From: a virus
IMG/VR virus record: IMGVR_UViG_3300005337_000001
Span: 64,001 to 128,000 of that record
DNA length: 64,000 nucleotides
Reading direction: 5' to 3' (one strand)
Made by a program: the position numbers and the translations under genes. Shown piece by piece: positions 35,393 to 44,146 of the stretch. Each line of letters begins with the position of its first letter. Position 1 is the stretch's first letter. The notes below the pieces were generated by a model. It was not told the DNA's origin, did no database searches, and saw only the letters and a list, made by a program, of their open reading frames with translations.

Positions 35393-35891
35393 GGGCTTTC
35401 GCTAAGCGCTCGATCAGGTCGCGCTTGATTTCTTCAGCATCGAGCCTATCAAATGTCTGTCCAACCAATTGGCGAGCGACGGCAGACAGATGAGAAGTCG
35501 GTGCTACTGCACCAACGACAAGTTTCCCGACGTCTAGCTTTACTACATCGCTTTCCTGCACACCTTGGTGGACGAAGTCCGCCTTCGGCAGCGACGTTTC
35601 AATGCGTTGCTCCTGCCTGGCGGCGATGATCTCGACAAGCTTCTCCGGGATCTCACCGTGATTCAGCAGAATAAATTCGACGAGCGTGTCGAACGCCACG
35701 CACAGAGTCTTGAGCTGCTCGTCTGCTTCGTCTGCACTCTTCTTGTGCAAGGCCCTAGCGTCGACTAAATCCTGCTCTGCCTTACGCGCCCACGTTTGAG
35801 CATCTTTCTCACGCTGCTGTGCACGTTGCAACAGCGTGTTGTTCGTCTGCTCTCGAATCCTGGCGGCACTATCTCTACTTGAAGAACTCAT
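35382..35891 (-). CDS. Hypothetical coiled-coil protein
   Basis: Helical heptads; GGAG SD. Confidence 0.55.
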   Translation of the reverse strand: MSSSSRDSAARIREQTNNTLLQRAQQREKDAQTWARKAEQDLVDARALHKKSADEADEQLKTLCVAFDTLVEFILLNHGEIPEKLVEIIAARQEQRIETSLPKADFVHQGVQESDVVKLDVGKLVVGAVAPTSHLSAVARQLVGQTFDRLDAEEIKRDLIERLAKARDD

Positions 35892-36270
35892 CGAGCTCCG
35901 TCCAGCCCACAAGTGCAGCTGGATCTCTGGTTACGAGGATGCTGGTCGGCTTCTTGGCGCGTACGGCCAGCAGACTGGTGACGTCCGACTTAGCAATGGC
36001 ACGAGACACCAACGACAGTGGAGCGCGCAGCTCAGGCGGCCACTTCTTTGGGAAGTTGACACCAGGCGGAAGCGGGGCGTCTTGTTCCTGCCACTGCACC
36101 CACACAAAGCTTCGCACCACGCCGTTCTTCTGTTCGATCATTCGGAGCCAGGCGTTCAGGCCGATGGCCTTGTCCTGGTTCACCGTACCGTCAGAGTTCA
36201 GCGTACCCTGACGCGCGAACTCGATGATGGTTTCGTATTCGCCTTGTTCTAGTTGTAGTGGGAATCCCAT
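35875..36270 (-). CDS. Hypothetical protein
   Basis: 131 aa; AAGG SD. Confidence 0.6.
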   Translation of the reverse strand: MGFPLQLEQGEYETIIEFARQGTLNSDGTVNQDKAIGLNAWLRMIEQKNGVVRSFVWVQWQEQDAPLPPGVNFPKKWPPELRAPLSLVSRAIAKSDVTSLLAVRAKKPTSILVTRDPAALVGWTELDEFFK

Positions 36271-36274
36271 GTGG

Positions 36275-36670
36275 TTACCTTCGCTGCAGCAGCTGCTCTT
36301 CAGTATAGCCGGCCAAGGCGTCGAGGATGCTGGACGGGGGCTCCTTGCCCTCTATGTAGTTGCGGATGGCGCGCGTACGCACCTTGGAAGAGATGCCGTA
36401 CCTGATGAGGTACTTGTTCAAGCGCACGAGGTACGCCGGCGCCCACCACTGGCCTTCCGACCTGAGGCCGATGTTGCGCTCCTCGCCAATCCCAAGTGCT
36501 CTGAAGAACGGGGCCTCCTTGCCTGCGCTCAGAAGCCCAGACCGTTCAATAGACTCACGCTCCTCCGCTAGTTTGCGCTCCTGCTCCTTACGCTTCCACC
36601 GTTTAGCTACGGTCATCTCACGTCGATGGTTGGCGTAGAAACGGCGGAACGTCCTTCTGGTCTTCATCAT
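36275..36670 (-). CDS. Hypothetical basic protein
   Basis: 131 aa, Arg/Lys-rich. Confidence 0.5.
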   Translation of the reverse strand: MMKTRRTFRRFYANHRREMTVAKRWKRKEQERKLAEERESIERSGLLSAGKEAPFFRALGIGEERNIGLRSEGQWWAPAYLVRLNKYLIRYGISSKVRTRAIRNYIEGKEPPSSILDALAGYTEEQLLQRR

Positions 36671-37550
36671 ACGGACGGATCTTCCCAGTGAACACGTCGA
36701 CCATCCTATCGACGTTCATGGCAAGGTCGTGGAGCGACCCGCTATTGTCGATGATGTAGTCGAACTGGTCATCGCCGTAGCCAGACAGTTGCGTCTCGCT
36801 GGCGTGCTGCTTGTCGACCGCTGTGTTGAACTTCGTCCAGCTGAAACGACGCACGCGCACCATCTTGCCGCCGGCGTCTTTGATGGCCTTGTACTCATTG
36901 AAAAAGCGCACGTCGGAGAAGACCACGCCCTTCAACGGCTTCGGCCAATTCTCAACAGCCTCGAACTCACCCTGCGGGTACTGCTGCACGAGCGGTATCA
37001 GCCCATCCTTGGCGGTGTACGCCATGGACTTATCCTTGAGCAGCTCGTGGGCAATGCGCAAGCCGTAGTTGATCCAGACGTCGCCGTAACAGTCGCGGCC
37101 CCACTGCGTGCCGAGCTGCTGCAGAGCATGACGCGGCGTGAGCCAGCCCCAGCTTTCGTAGTTGTTGATTTCTTCGCGAAGCTTTTTGAGATCGAACTCC
37201 GACATCGGCTTCAAGTCGGTGGCTGGTAAGTTGGTACCAGCTGGAGGACCGTTCAACCGCCTGTCTAACTCTTGGCTCAGCTCGTTGTACTTATTACGAT
37301 TGGCTGCGCCGTGCTCATGCCCACGCGGATAGCGTTTGTCTGGCGCGTTGCGGCTGTCGCTCGGACCCCACAGCTGGTCGTCGCTGAAGTCGAAGACCTC
37401 GCGGCAGATACGCTTCAACGGGTCGGCCAGGCCGATGCGGACGAAGCCGTGCTTGCTGATAAGCACCTCGGCAGTAGCGTCCTTGCCAGCGCCGATGGTC
37501 TGCCTCGAGCCAGCTTCATCACGATGTAACCCTGTGATACCTACGATCAT
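36618..37550 (-). CDS. Deoxynucleoside monophosphate kinase (T4 gp1-like)
   Basis: IVGITG...GAGKDATA, LADPLK, TPRHALQQLGTQWGR, SDVRFFNE, HASE. Confidence 0.9.
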   Translation of the reverse strand: MIVGITGLHRDEAGSRQTIGAGKDATAEVLISKHGFVRIGLADPLKRICREVFDFSDDQLWGPSDSRNAPDKRYPRGHEHGAANRNKYNELSQELDRRLNGPPAGTNLPATDLKPMSEFDLKKLREEINNYESWGWLTPRHALQQLGTQWGRDCYGDVWINYGLRIAHELLKDKSMAYTAKDGLIPLVQQYPQGEFEAVENWPKPLKGVVFSDVRFFNEYKAIKDAGGKMVRVRRFSWTKFNTAVDKQHASETQLSGYGDDQFDYIIDNSGSLHDLAMNVDRMVDVFTGKIRPYDEDQKDVPPFLRQPST

Positions 37551-37813
37551 AAAACTCCTCGCTTCTCGAGCACCTCTTTCACGAAGGCTCGAGCGTAATC
37601 TTTTGTACAACCACGCGTTCCCTGACGCAGCACACCGGCTACGTCGTACAACTTCTCGTGCTCCCCGTCTGCCCACTTTGCCACAAGCTTGAAGGCGTTG
37701 CCCTGCCCGGTGGGCGCGATGCGCACCTCGGCCTTGGTGGCAATCTTCAACCAGGGTAGCCAGGCTGCGAACCTTCGTCGCAATTGTTGCAGCACCTGCT
37801 CTTGGTAGGGCAT
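37547..37813 (-). CDS. Hypothetical protein
   Basis: Start MPYQEQVL; ATGA coupling to kinase. Confidence 0.5.
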   Translation of the reverse strand: MPYQEQVLQQLRRRFAAWLPWLKIATKAEVRIAPTGQGNAFKLVAKWADGEHEKLYDVAGVLRQGTRGCTKDYARAFVKEVLEKRGVL

Positions 37814-37822
37814 ATTGGACAC

Positions 37823-38254
37823 GTGGACCAAGAGTACATCCATGGCTCCTACTTCATCCATGAAGAACTACTTCGGCGTTGCGCTACGCTCACCGACCGC
37901 GTCACACAGATGTTCCGGAAGGACAAGCGCATCTACCCGACGCTGCTCATCTGGCCCTCCGACTCAGTGAAAGCTGTCGACGGCACGCAATTCACCGGAG
38001 TTATCTTCACCGAGCTCTCTGAAGACCCGACTCTGCGCAAGGAGGAGATCAAGAACTCCATCCTCAGCACCGCCGCTTTCGCCGCGCTCGTCACTGAGCA
38101 GCTCGAGACCGACATCCGCATGATCTTCGAGAGCGGACACGGTACGAGGACCTGGAGACTCCCCATCAGAAACCACGGGGACATCCAGATCCTCGGCCGT
38201 GCCGTGCAGCGCGACAACGCCGAGAGCATCGGCGTGTTGTGGAAAGCGAACTAA
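37823..38254 (+). CDS. Hypothetical protein
   Basis: 143 aa, natural composition; start uncertain. Confidence 0.55.
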   Translation: MDQEYIHGSYFIHEELLRRCATLTDRVTQMFRKDKRIYPTLLIWPSDSVKAVDGTQFTGVIFTELSEDPTLRKEEIKNSILSTAAFAALVTEQLETDIRMIFESGHGTRTWRLPIRNHGDIQILGRAVQRDNAESIGVLWKAN

Positions 38255-39096
38255 CCTTCGGGATTCGCCTGCGTCGTACGAGCCAGGCGCAGTTGCTCCT
38301 GCTCTTCTTCACTGAGGTCGTTCTCGTCCTGCGAGCCATTCGCCGGCGGCTCTGCCGGGGCAGGTGGGCTGGCCTTGGCCCTTGTGCCCTTCTTCGATCC
38401 CTTCTTGCGACCCGCCGGCGCTGTGGCGGAGGCAGGCGCATCGTCACTGAGGCGTGGCGCCATGATTTCTTGGTCGATGATTCTGACCGCTCGAGTCATG
38501 GCGCCCGTGGCTACACCCACGTCATGCTCGAGCTGTGCTTTTGGGAAGAGACGCTTCGCAGTCTCCATCGCCTTGAGCGCCTCGGCAGCGGTGCTGATGA
38601 CCTGGCCCATCTCCAGCACGACGTTGCTCTTCGGTGCGGGGTGCGCGCTCTTCAGCGGGTTCCCTTTGACTACCGCATCTTTCTTTTGATCTTCTACGAC
38701 CTCCGGAGTTGAGCCGCCTTGGTCGCCCTCCGCTGAAGCCGCCGGCTTCGAGCGCCTCGTCTTCTTCGCAGCCTTCTTGGCCACTGCTTTCTTCGGAGCA
38801 GCGGCAGCCACAGGCTTGGCCGCTTTGGCTCGCGCAGCCTTGGGCTTCGTCGCCGCTTTCTTCGCGGCTTTCTTTGCCGCCTTCTTGGCAGCCTTCTTCG
38901 CGCGCGGCGCCTTGGTCTTCGGCGCATCCTCTACGCCGAAATGCTTTCGCACCATGGCGCGGGCCTTTTCCTTGTCGCCTTCGCTGAGCTCCTGCGTCTT
39001 ACCGATAGCACGCATGGCGCCGACGGGGGCTTCGTACTCGCCGTTCTTGAGCTTCTGCTTGATGGTGTCGAGGGTGAATTTCTTGTAGTTGCTCAT
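38251..39096 (-). CDS. Histone H1-like Lys/Ala-rich DNA-binding protein
   Basis: AKKAAKKAAKKAAKKAATKPKAARAKAAKP tract between two folded-looking regions. Confidence 0.65.
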   Translation of the reverse strand: MSNYKKFTLDTIKQKLKNGEYEAPVGAMRAIGKTQELSEGDKEKARAMVRKHFGVEDAPKTKAPRAKKAAKKAAKKAAKKAATKPKAARAKAAKPVAAAAPKKAVAKKAAKKTRRSKPAASAEGDQGGSTPEVVEDQKKDAVVKGNPLKSAHPAPKSNVVLEMGQVISTAAEALKAMETAKRLFPKAQLEHDVGVATGAMTRAVRIIDQEIMAPRLSDDAPASATAPAGRKKGSKKGTRAKASPPAPAEPPANGSQDENDLSEEEQEQLRLARTTQANPEG

Positions 39097-39518
39097 GTAG
39101 TTCCTGCTTTTTCTCTCAGCGTTCGCCGCGTTGGTACTACGGCCTCAAAATACTCGTAAAGTTTGTTGAACGTGCCCGGGTCGCTAGGTCTGCCAGTCTT
39201 CTCGTCGACGGGCAACATGCCGGCCGAAGTTTCAATGCAGTCGAGGAGCTCGCGCGTGTCGTAGTGCAGCTCTACCTTGCCATCGAGTGAAGGCATGATC
39301 GAGACGATGGGCACGAAGCCCAAGACCATCTTGTCCATCAAGAACCAGAGCAGGTCGCGGCCACCGCCTAGCTCATAGCCCTCGAAGTCATCCTCCGGTA
39401 CGGGCACGTACGCCATACCGTCGACATCCCACTTGTAGTAGAAGAACCAGCTCTTGGTGTCACCGCCGGTGGCGGGAGCCGGGTCTACGGAGTTCATGGA
39501 GTAGATGAAGTGGTTCAT
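39093..39518 (-). CDS. Hypothetical protein
   Basis: Start MNHFIYSMNS; ATGA coupling. Confidence 0.55.
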   Translation of the reverse strand: MNHFIYSMNSVDPAPATGGDTKSWFFYYKWDVDGMAYVPVPEDDFEGYELGGGRDLLWFLMDKMVLGFVPIVSIMPSLDGKVELHYDTRELLDCIETSAGMLPVDEKTGRPSDPGTFNKLYEYFEAVVPTRRTLREKAGTT

Positions 39519-39556
39519 GGTTGTATACTGGGGTGGTTCATCACAGAGGAGCAAGC

Positions 39557-40285
39557 ATGCCGAACACATTGACGGGGAGCAAGCGTCTTGAAGTAGCCGA
39601 CCTCATGAATTCGTCCGTCATCCTGTCGGAATACGACGAAGACAGCCAAAGGGAGTACTTCGGCAGCCTGGCGCACATGTACGTAGGGGCTAAGGTTGGA
39701 GACGAGAAGTTCAAAGAGATATGCCAAGGTCGCGCTGAAGCGCCGGCTGCCGCTGGTCACCTCTTCAGTACTTGCGGAGAGTGGGCGCAGTTCCTGCTCG
39801 AGCGCGCCGGCTACCGCGGGCCAATATTGAACCGTGATCTGTGGTACGCGGGGCAGAAAAGCCAAGCGTGGCAGGACGGTAAGAACATCGAGTACCTGTT
39901 CAGTCGTGCGCGCAAGGCCGGCGCATTCTCCGAGTACCTGTTGAGCAAACAAAAGAGCAAGCGACCGCAGTGCGGCGACATCTGCTACATCGCGGTTCAA
40001 GGCCAACCGTCGACGGAACACGTCTTCATGTTCGAAGGTAACGACCCGCTGGACGGTTCGACTTACGAACTGTGGACCAGCTTCGACGGTGGTCAAGGCG
40101 GCCTCACTACCCAGCACATCGCCGAGTGTCATCGAATGTTCAAGGACGGCATCCTGTACGGCGCCCACCAAGATGCGAACGGGCGCTGGTTGCCCGCAGG
40201 TGAAGGCAGGCCGCTCATCGGCTGGCTCAACATCGCGCTGCTCGAGTTCACAGCACCGGCAAACCTCATCGTGCCGTCGGCATAA
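39557..40285 (+). CDS. Putative CHAP/NlpC-P60-like cell-wall hydrolase
   Basis: STCGEWAQ (catalytic Cys), GDICYI, EHVFMF (His), SFDGGQG; GAGGAG SD. Confidence 0.55.
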   Translation: MPNTLTGSKRLEVADLMNSSVILSEYDEDSQREYFGSLAHMYVGAKVGDEKFKEICQGRAEAPAAAGHLFSTCGEWAQFLLERAGYRGPILNRDLWYAGQKSQAWQDGKNIEYLFSRARKAGAFSEYLLSKQKSKRPQCGDICYIAVQGQPSTEHVFMFEGNDPLDGSTYELWTSFDGGQGGLTTQHIAECHRMFKDGILYGAHQDANGRWLPAGEGRPLIGWLNIALLEFTAPANLIVPSA

Positions 40286-40287
40286 GA
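40259..40287 (+). promoter_or_regulatory. Class I promoter motif GCAAAC-N17-ATAAGA
   Basis: Same spacing; precedes the 40.4-44.1 kb cluster of small genes. Confidence 0.55.
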
Positions 40288-40311
40288 GAGACAGCAACAC
40301 GTCTGCGCGCA

Positions 40312-40345
40312 AGGGCTGTCGGTAACACGGCGGCCCTTTTCATTT
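40312..40345 (+). terminator. Rho-independent terminator / possible attenuator
   Basis: AGGGCTGTCG-GTAACA-CGGCGGCCCT-TTTCATTT. Confidence 0.55.
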
Positions 40346-40357
40346 CTGGAGGACACG

Positions 40358-40636
40358 ATGAGTGATCTACGAGGAGCGACTATGGTTCGCTTCGGCCCAT
40401 TCGACGCCATGGTTACGGCTGGGAAGCTGGAAGATAGCGATGCTGGCAAACCGGTCTGGAAGGTTTGGTGGCCAGTCGAAGACGAAAGTCAGGCCACCAA
40501 GCTGGCGGAAGGCATGACCAGAGAGGCTGCAGTGCAACTCGCACAGCGCACGGCGGAGCTCTGGCGCACAGCAGGACGTCCTACGTTAACCCCTGAGCTA
40601 GCCAAGAGCCTGATCGCTAAAGCCAATGAACTATGA
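40358..40636 (+). CDS. Hypothetical protein
   Basis: GGAGG SD. Confidence 0.6.
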   Translation: MSDLRGATMVRFGPFDAMVTAGKLEDSDAGKPVWKVWWPVEDESQATKLAEGMTREAAVQLAQRTAELWRTAGRPTLTPELAKSLIAKANEL

Positions 40637-41513
40637 AGAGGCGAAAGAGATCATCGACAAGCAGGGACGCCGCGTGCGTGGCGGCGTCGGCATTGTCTCG
40701 ACGCACAACCCGACAGCCAAGAAGCTGAAGAACCAGACGTGGTTGCACTACGACAAGGACGGCCACTACACCCTCGCCTACTTCAACAAGCAGATCATCG
40801 AGTTCCATCCGAAGTACATGGTGTTCAACGACCACGACTACTTCAGCAGCTCGACGATGCAGCGCTTCAACGAGTACATGCCGCGTGGCTTTCACATCAG
40901 AGGTTGTACTTACCCTGCGTTCAAGCTGCAGCGACCGCTTGGTTTTATAACCACGCCGGTGGGTACCTACCCCTACCGAATGCCGTGCTCGTACACCTAC
41001 GAAGGTGAATCGTTCGACCATGGTGGGCTATACGCCGATGCACGCACTGTGCTCATGAAGATCCCCAAGTACGTCGACGTCTACTTGGATGAACTATTGA
41101 AGAACAAGCCTTGTTTCATCGACGACGAGGAGACAACGCAACGTGCCTTCCAAGAACAGTTAGTAGGCCGCAACTTCGAGGAAGAGAAGTTCCGCATCAG
41201 CAGGCTCATAGGAACCAGCATCGAACAGGGGCGCACGTACAAGCACCTCGCTGTGTTGGCCGCAGAGAACTCCGGTACTTCGCTGGAAGGCTTGCGCATC
41301 GAAGGTATAGCTCGTGCGGTTGCTGACTACGGCGCCGTCATCTTCAAGACGCAGACTCCTGCTGGCCAGATGGAGTCGGCGCTTCGCTTCGCCATGAAGC
41401 TGCCGCCTATCAAAGAGCCGCAGATACGAAAAACCATTCGGTACTTAGTCATCGAGCACATCATAAACCTTCTCGGCTTCGACGTCGTGCAGTGGAACAG
41501 GAGAGAAAGATGA
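40626..41513 (+). CDS. Hypothetical protein
   Basis: 295 aa, natural composition. Confidence 0.65.
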   Translation: MNYEEAKEIIDKQGRRVRGGVGIVSTHNPTAKKLKNQTWLHYDKDGHYTLAYFNKQIIEFHPKYMVFNDHDYFSSSTMQRFNEYMPRGFHIRGCTYPAFKLQRPLGFITTPVGTYPYRMPCSYTYEGESFDHGGLYADARTVLMKIPKYVDVYLDELLKNKPCFIDDEETTQRAFQEQLVGRNFEEEKFRISRLIGTSIEQGRTYKHLAVLAAENSGTSLEGLRIEGIARAVADYGAVIFKTQTPAGQMESALRFAMKLPPIKEPQIRKTIRYLVIEHIINLLGFDVVQWNRRER

Positions 41514-42040
41514 AAGTACTTCTAGGTGATCACGTCGTAATCCATCGCTATGTGGAGCTGCCGGACGTGTGTCCACGTTGTCGAGCCAAGATCGAGCCGG
41601 GGGAGATAGTCACCGGCTGGCAGCTGCGTCCGCGTTTCGAAAAGATGCGGTTGACCACGTTGAAAGACAAGAACAAGCTCACCGAACTGGCTGGCACCAT
41701 CAACGCCGTGCGCTGGGGAGACAAGTGGTCGGTGCGTATACCACTGGACTACCGATGCAAGTGCAACCACATCTTGGCCTCTGCGCACAACCGTGCGTAC
41801 GAGCTCGTCTCCATGAACATGCTCACTGCATTCAAGCTGCGCGGCTTGCTCTACGATTCGAACGCCGAAGATCCCCAGGTCCAGCGCAAGTGCTACGACG
41901 AAACGCAGGGCTATCACGGTGACTGCGTCGCCTGTAATATCGAGGCAGACATCGGCACCGAAGAGGTACCTCATCCTATTGACCTACGCGTGCACACCTG
42001 CGTAAGAAACCCAGAGCATGTCCAGCACGAACCGCGGTGA
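41510..42040 (+). CDS. Hypothetical Zn-binding protein
   Basis: CPRC, CKC, CVAC; AGGAG SD. Confidence 0.6.
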   Translation: MKVLLGDHVVIHRYVELPDVCPRCRAKIEPGEIVTGWQLRPRFEKMRLTTLKDKNKLTELAGTINAVRWGDKWSVRIPLDYRCKCNHILASAHNRAYELVSMNMLTAFKLRGLLYDSNAEDPQVQRKCYDETQGYHGDCVACNIEADIGTEEVPHPIDLRVHTCVRNPEHVQHEPR

Positions 42041-42752
42041 AGAATCGACAGAGAACTGGGAGACACCCTTCTGGACAGTACGCAGGCTGCTCGAAGAAGT
42101 GTGGTTCCCCGCCGGCGAGTGGCTCGAGCCCATGGCGGGTACCGGACGGCTCATCCAAGCAGTGAACGAGAATGGGCCGTCGGGCATTCGCTGGACAGCG
42201 TGCGAGCTACGCGCCGAGTGCGCGCCACGTCTGAAGAACCTACAGCTGGCCAAGGTTAGCTGCCCCGAAGACTTCATCCTCGATTTCAGCCCAAACCTCA
42301 ACCGTGGGAAGAAGCCAATCGACGTCGACCCGCTGGTGTCGATGTACGACGTCGGCATCGCCAACCCAGCCTTCTCGCTCACCTTCGAGACGCTCAGCAA
42401 AATGCTGGTGTGCTGCGAGCACGTAGCGATCTTGCAGCGCGCCAACTGGCTGGGCAGCGGCGTGAACAACGGCAAGTACGACTTCCTCAGGAACTTCCAC
42501 CCCGACGTCTACCAGCTGCCTGACCGCGTGAAGTTCTTGCTCGACGGCAAGTTCCCGCGACACCCACCAGGTACCAAGGATGCCAACGGCGTGAACATCG
42601 GCGGTCACCTCAAGTCGGGCGACTCCATCGAGTACGCCTGGTTCGTGTGGGGACCGAAGGCCACACGCCGACGTCTGAAAGGTCAAATCATGCAGCTAGC
42701 TGCAACACGCAAAGAAGAACGTACGTTCATGGAGGAGGCCATCGCAGCATGA
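42018..42752 (+). CDS. DNA amino-methyltransferase (m6A/m4C type)
   Basis: WETPFW, LEPMAGTG (SAM motif I), IANPAF (motif IV variant), YAWFVW. Confidence 0.75.
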   Translation: MSSTNRGEESTENWETPFWTVRRLLEEVWFPAGEWLEPMAGTGRLIQAVNENGPSGIRWTACELRAECAPRLKNLQLAKVSCPEDFILDFSPNLNRGKKPIDVDPLVSMYDVGIANPAFSLTFETLSKMLVCCEHVAILQRANWLGSGVNNGKYDFLRNFHPDVYQLPDRVKFLLDGKFPRHPPGTKDANGVNIGGHLKSGDSIEYAWFVWGPKATRRRLKGQIMQLAATRKEERTFMEEAIAA

Positions 42753-43240
42753 AACCAGCGGTCAGACAGAAGGCACTGCTGTTCATCTCGAAGCACCCTG
42801 GCACGCGACACAAAGCGTTCCCCGCAGGGCATGCCTATCACTTCGATGCGCCAGAGCTGGGGCGCGCGCCGTTCCGTGCGTCGACCATCAACCAGCTCAT
42901 CGCAGAAGGCTTCGTTACAGACAAAGGCCCAGTCACACTTACAGCGAAAGGTGAGCACGAGCTACACAAGCCACCCAACCTTTCGCCTGCGGTGAAAGGT
43001 CGCGTCATCTACAGCATGATCAGGCAAGGCACCCGTCGAAACTTCTCGCTACAAGCCACGCTACTGAATGGAAGTGGTCTTGAAGTGCACGGGGCTAAGT
43101 TCTACCCCACGTACGCAGACATCGTGGCGCACATCAGGAACATGCCGAAGCGTGACAAGCAGCGCGTGCTGCGCGAGCTCATCAAAGACCTGGCTGAGCA
43201 AGCGACGAAGAGGAGCGAAGATGTCCGAGCTGAAGAGTAG
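42749..43240 (+). CDS. Hypothetical protein (possible winged helix)
   Basis: GGAGGAGG SD; STINQLIAEGFV...VTLTAKG pattern. Confidence 0.55.
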   Translation: MKPAVRQKALLFISKHPGTRHKAFPAGHAYHFDAPELGRAPFRASTINQLIAEGFVTDKGPVTLTAKGEHELHKPPNLSPAVKGRVIYSMIRQGTRRNFSLQATLLNGSGLEVHGAKFYPTYADIVAHIRNMPKRDKQRVLRELIKDLAEQATKRSEDVRAEE

Positions 43241-43811
43241 GAGGGGCATCCCGCTCATCTGGACGCACGTCGCAGTCGAGCTGCCGCACAGAGGTACGCT
43301 GACAGCTGAGCTCTACGTGAAGTGGTACACGCTGTACCTCGTAGACACTGACGGGCGTGCGTACCCGATCGACTTCTGGGACTTGGAGCCGTACGCACCG
43401 GAGGGTGAGTCGGCTTTCGTCGACCACGTGCCCAACCCTCGCGCAATCGAAGAGTACTGCGAGCAGCGCAGCATCAGCGTAGACCCGGTGTTCTTGGAGG
43501 TGGCACACGGGCGCTGGCTACTGGAAGTGAAGCAGCTCTATCAAGAACCCCAAGCCGCCACGCCAGAGCGCAGTCCGAGCAAGGCAGCACTATCCTCCGC
43601 TATCGATCGGCTTTACCAGCAGGTCGAAGGTCGCACGCCGCAACCTGGGGTTGTTTCGCACCACACAGCAATCTGCACGCGAGGCTGTTGCTGCCTGGCT
43701 TGTAACCTGCATTGTGATTGCGGCGCAGCGCGAGGGAAGCCCCACACGTCAGCATGCCGTTTGACGCATGAATGCCGGAAAGCGCACGAGGAAGTCAAAG
43801 AAACCTCATGA
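43221..43811 (+). CDS. Hypothetical protein with Cys/His-rich C-terminus
   Basis: AGGAG SD; HTAICTRGCCCLACNLHCDC...H...C...HEC. Confidence 0.55.
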   Translation: MSELKSRRGIPLIWTHVAVELPHRGTLTAELYVKWYTLYLVDTDGRAYPIDFWDLEPYAPEGESAFVDHVPNPRAIEEYCEQRSISVDPVFLEVAHGRWLLEVKQLYQEPQAATPERSPSKAALSSAIDRLYQQVEGRTPQPGVVSHHTAICTRGCCCLACNLHCDCGAARGKPHTSACRLTHECRKAHEEVKETS

Positions 43812-44107
43812 GCGAAGAACAACCAGACGTTGCCTTGGAGTCGCGTCTCGAATCATGGCAGGTGCGCTTCCGCTGTCCGTTCTCTGGCCGATGGGAGTGG
43901 AGCGACTTCTTCAAAGCTAGGCGTGCTGACGCGGCTGAAAAAGAAGCTCCGGCCGCACTGGCTAAATTGATTCGCGAAAGTGCAGAGCGCTGCGAGGCCG
44001 AGGCGCGCAAGTTCCTGAACATGGCCGCTAACCTGCGCACCCGCGCCCACCTAATCGAACACGGCGAAGAACCAGGGCCCAAAGCCATCCGGCGTCGACG
44101 CCGGTAA
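43808..44107 (+). CDS. Hypothetical protein
   Basis: ATGA coupling. Confidence 0.55.
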   Translation: MSEEQPDVALESRLESWQVRFRCPFSGRWEWSDFFKARRADAAEKEAPAALAKLIRESAERCEAEARKFLNMAANLRTRAHLIEHGEEPGPKAIRRRRR

Positions 44108-44146
44108 GTAGCGGCCAGACAGAACAGCAGGTACACTGGATAGCTC

